Source: a virus (lineage: Duplodnaviria; Caudoviricetes). From it: a stretch of DNA of 64,000 nt. Below, in pieces: positions 12,581 to 21,738 of this stretch (its first letter is position 1; every line of letters begins with the position of its first letter). The notes under the pieces were generated by a model. The model made no database searches. It was not told the DNA's origin and was given only the letters and a program-made list of their open reading frames with translations. The stretch lies in IMG/VR virus record IMGVR_UViG_3300003937_000325; one strand, given 5' to 3'. A program made the translations under genes and the position numbers.

Positions 12581-13579
12581 TTATATTAATTTTAATTTAT
12601 TAATGACCAATTCCGCACTTTTTGGCCATCTCATATTTTTATCGTACCAATCTCTTTGGTTTTTACTTATAAATTTTAAAAATTCGTCATCGTTTTTTAC
12701 TTCGTTATATTTAGAAATAATTAAATTTGTTACCCCTTCATGACCATTTTTATCAAATTCTAAATATGCATGTTCTCTAGGTATTGTTATATAGTGATAA
12801 TTAGGTATGAAAGCCTCATGTATCTCGCTTTTATATTCTATTCTTATATACGGAACACCAATCGCCATCATTTCAATATCTCTATAACAAAGCTCACCAG
12901 GGTGTTCATTAGCACTATTAAACATATCAACATCCATATAGTGAGATAATGCAATTTTTTGTTTACTTAATTGATTAAGGTAAGTATCAATATGTATATT
13001 ATTAGGGTCTAAATATTTTTTATCATATAGTAATCTAACAACATTTCGGTATGCAGTTTTTTCATCACCTTTCCAACCACCCCCTTTGAAGTACAACTTG
13101 TCATTTAAGATATCAGTATTATCTCTAATTTCTCGGTGTTTATTAACATCAAAATCTTGAAAAAAACCGAAAATAAATGGATGTACCTTATCTAACTTAT
13201 TTAATAGTCTATTTTTTTTTAAGTGTTCAACAATATATCTCCTACTAAAATGTGCTGACATTATACCTAAACATTTATCACTTTTTAGATAATGAACCAC
13301 TTGCGATGTGAAATACTTAGTAAAAGTTATGACAATAAATTCGCCATTATCTAAATTTTCTGCAATAAAATCAACATCACTTAATGGTGGATTATTACCA
13401 AATTGACCCACTTTAGATTGTAAATCTATTCTACCACTAAATGTGCCACCATCTTTATTATAATTAACTACTTCAACCTCTGAAAATTGCTTTAAAAATT
13501 CTATAAATTTTTTATACCAAGGTAAATGATACCTACCCCATTTTTCATTTTGAAACATATGTACTCTCAGTTTTGCCAT
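12581..13579 (-). CDS. Putative glycosyltransferase (GT-B C-terminal half-like)
   Basis: LYFKGG...YLNQLSKQKIALS...GELCYRDIEMMAIGVPYI resembles the Glyco_trans_1_2/exostosin-type C-terminus; sits in the GT operon. Confidence 0.5.
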   Translation of the reverse strand: MAKLRVHMFQNEKWGRYHLPWYKKFIEFLKQFSEVEVVNYNKDGGTFSGRIDLQSKVGQFGNNPPLSDVDFIAENLDNGEFIVITFTKYFTSQVVHYLKSDKCLGIMSAHFSRRYIVEHLKKNRLLNKLDKVHPFIFGFFQDFDVNKHREIRDNTDILNDKLYFKGGGWKGDEKTAYRNVVRLLYDKKYLDPNNIHIDTYLNQLSKQKIALSHYMDVDMFNSANEHPGELCYRDIEMMAIGVPYIRIEYKSEIHEAFIPNYHYITIPREHAYLEFDKNGHEGVTNLIISKYNEVKNDDEFLKFISKNQRDWYDKNMRWPKSAELVINKLKLI

Positions 13580-13590
13580 ATATATCTACA

Positions 13591-14859
13591 CTATAAATTT
13601 CCTATTATTCGTTCACCCCAACCTTTAGACTCTGAAAATGGCCAAACTACCCAATACTTAGGTTTTTCAGCTGTAGGGAACTCTCTCCAAACTTTACAAT
13701 AACCTGCAGGGTCTGTCATCATTCGTTTAATCTCGTTTTTATCCGCATCCTTTCTAAATAAAGTCTTATCATCTTCTCCATGAAATGCAACTACCCAATA
13801 TTCATAATCTTTTTCAGGTACTTTATCAAACCCAACATCTATACAATGTTTAAATATTGAAGAAAAACTTTCTAACCATTTTTTCTCACCACCAAGTTCT
13901 TTTATGCCTGGATTTGGTGGATAATTTTTATCAATAGTATGTTGTTGTATAGCTCTTTTTGAAAATAGTAAACCTGAATACTCCTCATATTGCCTTAAAG
14001 TTCTTTCAGTACCAAACCCATATATACCTTCGTGACCTTCTTGTTTTTCACCATCCATACCAAATAACTTTCTATTAGTTAAATGTGAATGACTATTTTT
14101 TTCTCCCCATGTACTATCATCATCCCATTGTTTAGTTCTACCCTTACGAGTATACTCATGCCAAATCAATGTTTTATGTGGGTGAAATAAATCATATCCC
14201 CATGTAAATGCCCTAACTGCGATTGATATTTCTTCCCCGTGAAAATAATATTCTGGATTATGTTGTACTTCTTCAGAAAACTGACCTAAGGTAAAGCACA
14301 TATGTGCCGAATAGAACCTTGATGGTACTGGTGTATCTAATTCCTTCCAATTCGGTATTGTTTCAGGTAAGAAAAATACTGCACCTTCAGGAATAAACCT
14401 ATCAAAAGCCATTCTCCATGGTTCCATAACTCGTCCTTGAGGGTCGTTATCGGGGTTATATGACGACACATAACCCGTTAACAATGGTTTAGGAATACCT
14501 ATTTTTTGGAGGTCTTTAACCATCTTTATTAGTTCTGTATCCCAATTTGGTGCAAATCTCATATGTGAATCAATTTGTAAAGTATACATTTCACCACCAT
14601 AAAGTTGTTGAACTTGATTTCTAGCCCAACATACTCCTTTAGCATCAGTATAAAGTACATCACTAATTCGGAACCTTTTATCGTCTCGATACTTATCTAA
14701 GTTATCAAATCCGTCCTCAGGGTGATATTGTCTACAAATACCTAACACTAAATTCTGAGGTTTCTTAGCGTTCTCCAACATATCCTCAATAGTTTTCACT
14801 AATTCAGGGTCTCGATATGCGGCTATTTGTACAAAAATTGTTTGTGGTTTACGAGCCAT
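13591..14859 (-). CDS. GT60-like (Pfam GlcNAc; Gnt1/Skp1-type) polypeptide or hydroxyproline alpha-GlcNAc transferase
   Basis: TIFVQIAAYRDPEL, KGVCWARNQVQQLYGGEMYTLQIDSHMRF (DxH motif), FHGEEISIAVRAFTWGYDLFHP...WHEY. Confidence 0.75.
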   Translation of the reverse strand: MARKPQTIFVQIAAYRDPELVKTIEDMLENAKKPQNLVLGICRQYHPEDGFDNLDKYRDDKRFRISDVLYTDAKGVCWARNQVQQLYGGEMYTLQIDSHMRFAPNWDTELIKMVKDLQKIGIPKPLLTGYVSSYNPDNDPQGRVMEPWRMAFDRFIPEGAVFFLPETIPNWKELDTPVPSRFYSAHMCFTLGQFSEEVQHNPEYYFHGEEISIAVRAFTWGYDLFHPHKTLIWHEYTRKGRTKQWDDDSTWGEKNSHSHLTNRKLFGMDGEKQEGHEGIYGFGTERTLRQYEEYSGLLFSKRAIQQHTIDKNYPPNPGIKELGGEKKWLESFSSIFKHCIDVGFDKVPEKDYEYWVVAFHGEDDKTLFRKDADKNEIKRMMTDPAGYCKVWREFPTAEKPKYWVVWPFSESKGWGERIIGNL

Positions 14860-14966
14860 TGTTTTTATTTTATTTAAAAGTTTATATTTTATTCTTATAC
14901 TAAAAAATCATATAAAAAAATCAATTGTAAAGAACTAAACACCATTTTCAGATATTTATAATTGAT

Positions 14967-15134
14967 ATGAAATTATTAAGAACAATTACAGAAATAGTTG
15001 AGGAAGCGGAAACTAATTATTACACCGCTTCTATAGAAACTAATGACCCGAAGGAGCTTGAAGTTTTAGAATCCAAATTAAATGATAGTCTCAGATTATT
15101 AGAGATTTACAAAGGCATAAAAAAAGAGGACTAA
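14967..15134 (+). CDS. Small 55-aa hypothetical protein, the only supported plus-strand gene
   Basis: MKLLRTITEIVEEAETNYYTASIETNDPKELEVLESKLNDSLRLLEIYKGIKKED. TATTTATA motif at 14953-14960, 6 nt before the ATG; fills the intergenic gap and ends in a terminator hairpin. Confidence 0.65.
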   Translation: MKLLRTITEIVEEAETNYYTASIETNDPKELEVLESKLNDSLRLLEIYKGIKKED

Positions 15135-15146
15135 ACCTCTTTATTA
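15119..15146. terminator. Probable bidirectional intrinsic terminator
   Basis: AAAGAGG-ACTAAA-CCTCTTT flanked by A and T runs, between convergent genes. Confidence 0.6.
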
Positions 15147-15168
15147 TTATTTTAAATTAACTTTGGTT

Positions 15169-15901
15169 CTATATTGAACTAGTTCCTTGTGGGTACTCCA
15201 CCAACATCTTATCGATATCTTTTCTTTCGGCTTGTACTATGTAAAAACACTTCACTTTAGAACTTAAAATGTTTGAATTCCCTACAATCACAGTATTATC
15301 TACAATATTCTTAACAAATAAATTTTGATGTGACCCAATTGGTGTTAACTGTACTGTTATCGTACTTTCATCAACTAATTCTAACCAATAATCTGGTAAC
15401 TCAATAACTTTACTACCCTCTAATTTACCTCTAACATAAACACCGTGTTCAGGACCCTCTAATGAACCATGTCTTAAATTCGTAACCTTCAATCTGATTA
15501 GTCGCACGCTCAGATGATTTTATTTGTACTACCGTACTATAACTATCATCAGCTTCGAAGAACACTCTAGGTCTAAGGGTTGGGGATACTGAGACGGTTT
15601 TAATTATTGCAGTCAACTCATTAGTATTTGACCTAAATTCTAAATTATTATCATCTTGGACAACTATTCTATTACCCCCTAAAGTACCATCTCCTGTATA
15701 TAAATTTTCAGAATTACTAAAACTAACACCTCCATTACCATCAGTAGTTAAAACTTGATTAGCTGAACCATCAGTTGTTGGAAACGTATAGCTAGAATTA
15801 AATTTTATAACCCCACCGGTAGAAATTTGTATTCGTTCACTACCTCCTGAAGTTAAATCTAACCCTGTCGTATTATTATAATATAGTCCGTTATCGGCCA
15901 T
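15169..15901 (-). pseudogene. Split (frameshifted) tail-fibre-like gene: 150-aa ORF plus a +1-frame C-terminal LRHGSLEGPEHGVYVRGK chaperone-like domain
   Basis: The two ORFs overlap at 15449-15507. Removing one T from GAA TTT AAG A fuses them into ...EGYELRHGSLEGPEH... Confidence 0.55.
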
Positions 15902-15917
15902 GTTCTTTTTTTATTTT

Positions 15918-15958
15918 GGCTATGGGAGAGAAATGAATCTCTCCCGTTAATTATAGTC
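15918..15958 (-). promoter_or_regulatory. Structured 5' leader: 8-bp hairpin followed by ATAGCC, 16 nt before the ATG
   Basis: GGGAGAGA-TTCATT-TCTCTCCC-ATAGCC, preceded by TATTTATC at 15963-15970. Confidence 0.55.
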
Positions 15959-16008
15959 TATTGATAAATAGTTTCAATACAATTTATATTGATTTTTTTT
16001 ATCCTTAA

Positions 16009-18120
16009 TTAGATAACTTGTACCCAACCAAATGACTTATAGATGTATACACCTTCTCTACTATCAGTTTGATAAACCATCAATCCTGTTGCTGGTGAAC
16101 CAATCGCTAATCTTTGAGCCGATGTCATTCTTGGAAATAAGAACCCTTTAGTAGTTGAGTTTACCTCTAAGACTGCTGTAGCCTCAGGTGCATTTGCTCC
16201 TCCACCAATATGAACACTTGCTGATGTTTCATCAACATATAGTGTATCATTAAGATTAATACTACCTTTAATGAAATTTATTACTCCGTTTCCTAAATCA
16301 ACAGTTCTCGCAGCATCCGTTAATTGTCCATCAATATTATAGATGTTTTGAGATGTTACCGAACCATCAACTGTAATGTCAATAGTATCAGCCGCACCAC
16401 CTGCAGTAATTATTGCTGATGAATCCGAAGATATGAACGTTAATGTTCCACCTAAGTCTACATCTGAATCAGTTCCCGCAGTTCCCGCGAATGTTAATGA
16501 ATCATTAACTAATCTTGCGTTTCCGATAGAACCATCAATTAATTCTGCCGTTACTGAAGCTCCCGCACTAACTGTAAAGTCAATTTCTGATGAATCAACA
16601 AAATTAGCTACTTCAAACACTGAAGCTAAAACCTTACCATCAAAGTCACTAACTTGAGATGCTGTAATGTCAATTGTTACATCAGCCGCCGCAGTTAATC
16701 TACCTTGAGAATCAACTGTAAATGTCGCCACTGTATCAGCCGCCCCGTAAGATGCCGCAGTTACCGCCGTATCATCAAGATTGAATGTTACTGTGTCAGT
16801 TGCTGAACCTACACCTGTAATACCTGTACCACCTAAAAGGTTTAAAGTATCACCTAACTGTACAACTTGTCCAACACCACTATCACTAGATAAGTTAAAT
16901 TGAAATCCTGAAGCAGTTACATCAGGTTTACCATTACTTAAAGATAATGTTAATGTTCCTGAACCTAATGTTGCACCTGTTACGAATGAATCCGAAACTG
17001 ATGATGCGTCTACTGTTAAGTCTAAACCACCTGAACCATTTCCTGTAGCTACAATAGAACCATCAGAAGATGTGAATGTTAAATCACTACCTAAATTAAT
17101 GTCAGAATTAGTACCCGCAGTACCATTAACCCCAATTGAAGAGTTAACTAAAGATGCCGTTACTGAAGCTCCCGCACTAACTGTAAAGTCAATACCTGCC
17201 GCTCCTGTTGAATCAACAAAGTTAGCTACTTCAAACACTGAAGATAAAACCTCACTATCAAAGTCAGTTACCTGAGATGCCGTTATTGCAATTGCTTGTT
17301 CTGATGCCGCAGTTAAACGACCTTGTTGGTCAACTGTAAACGTTACCGTTTCACTTGCTGAACCATAAGTACCTGGAGTCACTGCCGTATCATCAAGTGT
17401 AACTGTAATACTTAAACTACCATCATCTACAGTTGAAATACCTGTACCACCTAAAATATTAAGTCTATCACCGTTATACATTGTTGAGTTACCTGAGTCA
17501 GCATTAGTAAACCATGAGAACCCTGTAACGTCTACGTTAGCACCATCATTCCTTGTAAGTCTTAATGTACCTGACGCTGGTGAGTTGATTGTTCCACTCG
17601 TTACGAACGTATCAGTATCATCAATACCTGTGATTGTAATATCACTTTCTAATCCTCCGTTTATCGCTAAAGTAATTGTACCCGCGTTGTAAGTACCTGC
17701 AGTAATAAAAGGTAACTCAAAGTTACCTGATACTGTACCTGTACCTGATTGTGCAATACCCCATGAAGTATCATAAGCTACACTTGTTAATGCGTCGATA
17801 GTAAATGTGGTATCAGCGATATCATTGTATGCGACTGTTACTACATTTGAAGCTTCGGTTACGTCTGTGACTACTGTACCAACAGCGATATCACTACGTG
17901 TTCCGACAACCCCGTTGCCATCTACCACCATAAAGTTCGTATTTGAACTTGACGATGGGATTCCTTCAAACCTAACACCTGCCGCGTCTACGTGGAAATC
18001 TGTACTCGGTGCAATTGTACCGAAACCAAATTGTCCTGATGCGTCGATAATCATCCTATCAACCGTACCCGTAGCGAACGTTAAACCTGAAGTTTGTAAA
18101 TTTAAACCATTTGTTGCCAT
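16009..18120 (-). CDS. Fibre-like protein (703 aa) with internal duplication and Bacteroidota-type C-terminal module
   Basis: G/T/S/D-rich beta repeats; C-terminus LEVNSTTKGFLFPRMTSAQRLAIGSPATGLMVYQTD...GVYIYKSFGW. Confidence 0.65.
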   Translation of the reverse strand: MATNGLNLQTSGLTFATGTVDRMIIDASGQFGFGTIAPSTDFHVDAAGVRFEGIPSSSSNTNFMVVDGNGVVGTRSDIAVGTVVTDVTEASNVVTVAYNDIADTTFTIDALTSVAYDTSWGIAQSGTGTVSGNFELPFITAGTYNAGTITLAINGGLESDITITGIDDTDTFVTSGTINSPASGTLRLTRNDGANVDVTGFSWFTNADSGNSTMYNGDRLNILGGTGISTVDDGSLSITVTLDDTAVTPGTYGSASETVTFTVDQQGRLTAASEQAIAITASQVTDFDSEVLSSVFEVANFVDSTGAAGIDFTVSAGASVTASLVNSSIGVNGTAGTNSDINLGSDLTFTSSDGSIVATGNGSGGLDLTVDASSVSDSFVTGATLGSGTLTLSLSNGKPDVTASGFQFNLSSDSGVGQVVQLGDTLNLLGGTGITGVGSATDTVTFNLDDTAVTAASYGAADTVATFTVDSQGRLTAAADVTIDITASQVSDFDGKVLASVFEVANFVDSSEIDFTVSAGASVTAELIDGSIGNARLVNDSLTFAGTAGTDSDVDLGGTLTFISSDSSAIITAGGAADTIDITVDGSVTSQNIYNIDGQLTDAARTVDLGNGVINFIKGSINLNDTLYVDETSASVHIGGGANAPEATAVLEVNSTTKGFLFPRMTSAQRLAIGSPATGLMVYQTDSREGVYIYKSFGWVQVI

Positions 18121-18171
18121 TGTTATTTTGTTTTTTAATTGGTTATTATCCCTATTTTATTAGTAAGGCTG

Positions 18172-18624
18172 TTACAATACATTGACCCATCCTAAAGATT
18201 TATACATAAACATACCCTCTTTAGCGTTACTTGTGTTATCTGTACAATACACCAATAAACCTGGAAGGGGATTACTTATATTTAGTCTCTGTGATTGAGT
18301 CATTCTCGGAATTAAAAGTCCTTGACTCTCACTCGCTAATTCTAATAAGGCACATACAGGAGACGAGGTCCCTGTACCGATTGATACTCCTGAATCACCA
18401 CTAAATGTTAGGTGGTTAGTATCTTGGTCGACAATACGGTTACTATCAAGTGTACCATCGTCCGTATATATGTTGGTATTAGGTATCGTTGAAATATCTC
18501 TGTACTTTACCTCAGTACCATCAAGTACTAAAATAGAGTTGACGTTAACATCTAAGTCAACTGTCGAGATAAATGTCTTTCCACTTACCGATAATCCATG
18601 TCTTGTTACAAACTCTCTTGCCAT
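18172..18624 (-). CDS. Short fibre-like protein (150 aa; likely start MAREFVTRHG at 18624)
   Basis: N-terminus paralogous to MAHELVARNG of the neighbouring gene; A-rich leader; C-terminal LLIPRMTQSQRLNISNP module. Confidence 0.65.
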   Translation of the reverse strand: MAREFVTRHGLSVSGKTFISTVDLDVNVNSILVLDGTEVKYRDISTIPNTNIYTDDGTLDSNRIVDQDTNHLTFSGDSGVSIGTGTSSPVCALLELASESQGLLIPRMTQSQRLNISNPLPGLLVYCTDNTSNAKEGMFMYKSLGWVNVL

Positions 18625-18642
18625 TTTATTTTTTTTTCTTAA

Positions 18643-18672
18643 GGCTATTGAGGGAAGGAGGACTTCCCTCAA
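18643..18672 (-). promoter_or_regulatory. Structured 5' leader: 10-bp hairpin overlapping ATAGCC, 18 nt before the ATG
   Basis: TTGAGGGAAG-TCCTC-CTTCCCTCAA-TAGCC; same architecture as 15918-15958. Confidence 0.55.
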
Positions 18673-18747
18673 AATTTTAATTATTATTCTTTATTATTAA
18701 ATAGATATTCTAAGTAATAACATTGGTTATTATAACTTTTATTTTAA

Positions 18748-20193
18748 TTATATTTTAACCGCTCTTGTATTCGCTATACAGTCCATATTTTGAACTGCTC
18801 CCGCAACGACTCTTATTTCACCATTTGCAGTTGCGTCAAGTTCAACACCCGCCGTAAACGTCCCTAAATCAACAGTCGACCAATCAGCAAATTCTACCGA
18901 AGGTGTATTCTCAGCGTCTCTACCAAATACCGCAGTAAAGAATCCTGAACGGTATCCATTTCCTCCACCTTTTTCAGTTAAAAAGTATTCAACGTGAACC
19001 GCACCATATACCAATGGGTCAACACTAAATAAAACCTGTGTACCACCACCTGACGATGTGACTCTTATTGTTTGTTCTGAGTCAATTAGAACTGTGTTAC
19101 CATCATTTCTTGTTAAAGTCGCCTCAGGGTAATCAACAGTAGCACCCGTCACAAATGTATCACCTGTTAATGTACCAAAACCTGAAACTACAATATCGGA
19201 CTCTAAACCATCGTTTATTTCTAAAGTAAGTGACCCTCCATTTAAAGTTGCCCCTGTAATGAACGGTAAAGCCACAGGAGTTGTACCAAGTGTACCTGTT
19301 CCTGCAAATGCTACGTCCCACGCACTACTGTAAGTAACCGCAGTTAAAGCATCTATCGTACCTATAGTTATACCAGTAGACGATGTATTTAATGTTATTA
19401 TATTGTTAGTTATTGAACCACCTGAAACATACGGTTGGTCTAATAAAGTAGTAATTGTTAAACCTCCATCATCTACAACAGTTAAACCCGGTCCACCTCT
19501 AAAATTAATTCTACTTCCATTATAGAAAGTTGACGTACCTTGGTCACCTGTAGTAGTAAATTCTAAACCTGTAACGTCAACATTACTGTTGTCATTTAAT
19601 CTAAGTCTCATTGTGCCAAGTGCCGGTGAATTAATTGTTCCACCTGTAACAAACGTATCACCTGTTAGTGTTCCAAATCCTGAAACTACAATGTCAGATT
19701 CTAATCCTTGGTTTATTTCTAAAGTAAGTGACCCTCCATTTAAAGTTGCTCCTGTAATGAATGGTAATTCAATTGGACTAGCACCTAAAGTACCGTATCC
19801 CGCTAATGCGACATCCCAATCGTTATTATAGGTTAAACCTGTTACCGCAGCTACTTCTATGTTAAAGTCCGCTCCTTGATTATTTGTGAAGGTCAGTGCT
19901 CCTGTCCCTCCGTTTAATGTACCACCTGTTACGTGAATATTCACGTCAGCTATTGATACTGTACCTCCTTGATTATTTGTTAATACAAGGGTTGAATCCC
20001 CTATTCCGCTTAGCGTACCACCTGTTATGAAAGTATCACCACTAAACGAGGCTAGTGATAAAAAATTTACTTCATTATTTGACGGGTCTAAAGCTAGAAT
20101 AGTAGACGATAATGATTGGTCTAATTGTACGTCTCCAAGGAATGTACTTCCTGAGACTCTTAAACCGTTTCTTGCTACTAATTCGTGTGCCAT
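18748..20193 (-). CDS. Fibre-like structural protein (481 aa) with internal duplication
   Basis: DTFVTGGT repeats; two copies of LPFITGATLNGGSLTLEINxGLESDIVVSGFGTLTGDTFVTG. Confidence 0.6.
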   Translation of the reverse strand: MAHELVARNGLRVSGSTFLGDVQLDQSLSSTILALDPSNNEVNFLSLASFSGDTFITGGTLSGIGDSTLVLTNNQGGTVSIADVNIHVTGGTLNGGTGALTFTNNQGADFNIEVAAVTGLTYNNDWDVALAGYGTLGASPIELPFITGATLNGGSLTLEINQGLESDIVVSGFGTLTGDTFVTGGTINSPALGTMRLRLNDNSNVDVTGLEFTTTGDQGTSTFYNGSRINFRGGPGLTVVDDGGLTITTLLDQPYVSGGSITNNIITLNTSSTGITIGTIDALTAVTYSSAWDVAFAGTGTLGTTPVALPFITGATLNGGSLTLEINDGLESDIVVSGFGTLTGDTFVTGATVDYPEATLTRNDGNTVLIDSEQTIRVTSSGGGTQVLFSVDPLVYGAVHVEYFLTEKGGGNGYRSGFFTAVFGRDAENTPSVEFADWSTVDLGTFTAGVELDATANGEIRVVAGAVQNMDCIANTRAVKI

Positions 20194-20205
20194 TTTTTTA
20201 TTTTT

Positions 20206-21684
20206 TTATATAATGTGTTTAATTATCCTGATATTCCAGGTCCCCCCTAAAATATTGGCTTTTAGTAACGCATCGTTACCATTCAATTCCATCCCCCATG
20301 AAAAATTATTAGTTGTTCCTATATCAACCGTTGAGAAATCATTGAAATCTATATCAGTACTCGACCATACCGCTTGTATTGTTCCAGCCCTATAGTTAGT
20401 ACCATCATCAATTACATAATCAAAGAACACTGCTCTATATGTTGTAGTATCCACAGAATCAATAGTTGTCCCACTAACCGAAACATTAGAATCATTTACT
20501 AATCCAATATGTGTTAATATTTCTAAACCTGTAATTTGTGAAGTTGTTCCATCATTATTATTTAATGTAATAGAACCACCTGAATAAGTACCCCCTGTTA
20601 CTTCAGCCGCAAATGTTCCAGCATTAAAATCAACACCATCATTTAAACCTAACGTTAATGTCTTAGTTATTTGATTATATGACATACCTGTCACATATGT
20701 ATCCTCAGTAGTCCCTGTTGTAAAACCTGTTAGTGTAACTACAGAACCATCACTATTTTTTAACTCAACTGTACCCGAACTATTATTATAAGTACCACCC
20801 GTTAATTCAGTGTCAGTTGGTTGTTGCCATTGTCCATCACCCCTATAAAATGTTTTATCGTTTGCTCCACCACCATTATTTATTAAAGCAATGGTCATTT
20901 CATCAGGGTTAATCGCCGCGTCGGTAGCTATACCCGCACCTCCTGGTTCTTGGTAACCCGTGAAATTTAAAGTGAATCCATCAACAACCTCAATTGGTGT
21001 AGTAGGTACGTTATCACCAGATGCCGTCCACCCTGTATATGACCCTGTACCACCCGTAGTAAAACCTGTAACATTGAATGTTCCACCCGTACTATTAGTA
21101 AAGACCGCAGTACCATTACTATAGGTACCACCTGTTACAGTAATATCGGTACCGTAAAATATTTTCCATCTGGCGTTTGCTCGTGTTACTCCACTTACAC
21201 CTTCTATTGATGAATCTAACCAAGCATTTATGAAATTAGTACCACCAACGTTTGGTGCGAACTGTGTACCCGAACTAATTGTGGTAGTCGTGTCACCAGT
21301 TTCTACCGCACCACCAGCAAAGGCATCATCGTATAGAGTTTCATAGTTATTTATAACATATTGATAAACTGTGTCCGTTTCATGAACATAAACTAACTGA
21401 CCTAACCTTCGTCTACCAGATGATATTAAATCGTTATTAAGTGTTATTATGTTAGATTGAAAAGGAGCTAGTCTTTGATAGTATTCGATAGGGATTCTAT
21501 TAGCTTCTTCCCGTATATTACCTGTACCAATAATAGTAAAAATAAGGTCACTAAGAGCCCATACTTCAGTATATCCACCAACTAAACCAGCACTAAAAGT
21601 TGTACCCTTAGTATCGGTTCTAATTACTGATAATGTACCATTTACTATATCAGTTGATAGTGGATTTTTATATATGAATGACAT
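20206..21684 (-). CDS. Fibre-like structural protein (492 aa)
   Basis: TGGTY repeats; C-terminal FDYVIDDGTNYRAGTIQAVWS domain paralogous to the C-terminus of 18748-20193. Confidence 0.6.
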   Translation of the reverse strand: MSFIYKNPLSTDIVNGTLSVIRTDTKGTTFSAGLVGGYTEVWALSDLIFTIIGTGNIREEANRIPIEYYQRLAPFQSNIITLNNDLISSGRRRLGQLVYVHETDTVYQYVINNYETLYDDAFAGGAVETGDTTTTISSGTQFAPNVGGTNFINAWLDSSIEGVSGVTRANARWKIFYGTDITVTGGTYSNGTAVFTNSTGGTFNVTGFTTGGTGSYTGWTASGDNVPTTPIEVVDGFTLNFTGYQEPGGAGIATDAAINPDEMTIALINNGGGANDKTFYRGDGQWQQPTDTELTGGTYNNSSGTVELKNSDGSVVTLTGFTTGTTEDTYVTGMSYNQITKTLTLGLNDGVDFNAGTFAAEVTGGTYSGGSITLNNNDGTTSQITGLEILTHIGLVNDSNVSVSGTTIDSVDTTTYRAVFFDYVIDDGTNYRAGTIQAVWSSTDIDFNDFSTVDIGTTNNFSWGMELNGNDALLKANILGGTWNIRIIKHII

Positions 21685-21738
21685 CTATTTCTTTATTTTA
21701 TAAATATGTAGAGTTAACTACTTTTCTTTTATTATTTA

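Noticed and set aside
18625-18672. Upstream start (MREVLLPSIALRKKNK) given by the ORF track
   Set aside because: It runs through the leader hairpin. The ATG at 18624 has an A-rich context and gives an N-terminus paralogous to the neighbouring gene.
16009-21684. Duplicated segments in fibre genes as a possible DGR template/variable repeat pair
   Set aside because: Both copies are in frame within genes, the differences do not look adenine-specific, and no reverse transcriptase is present in the window.
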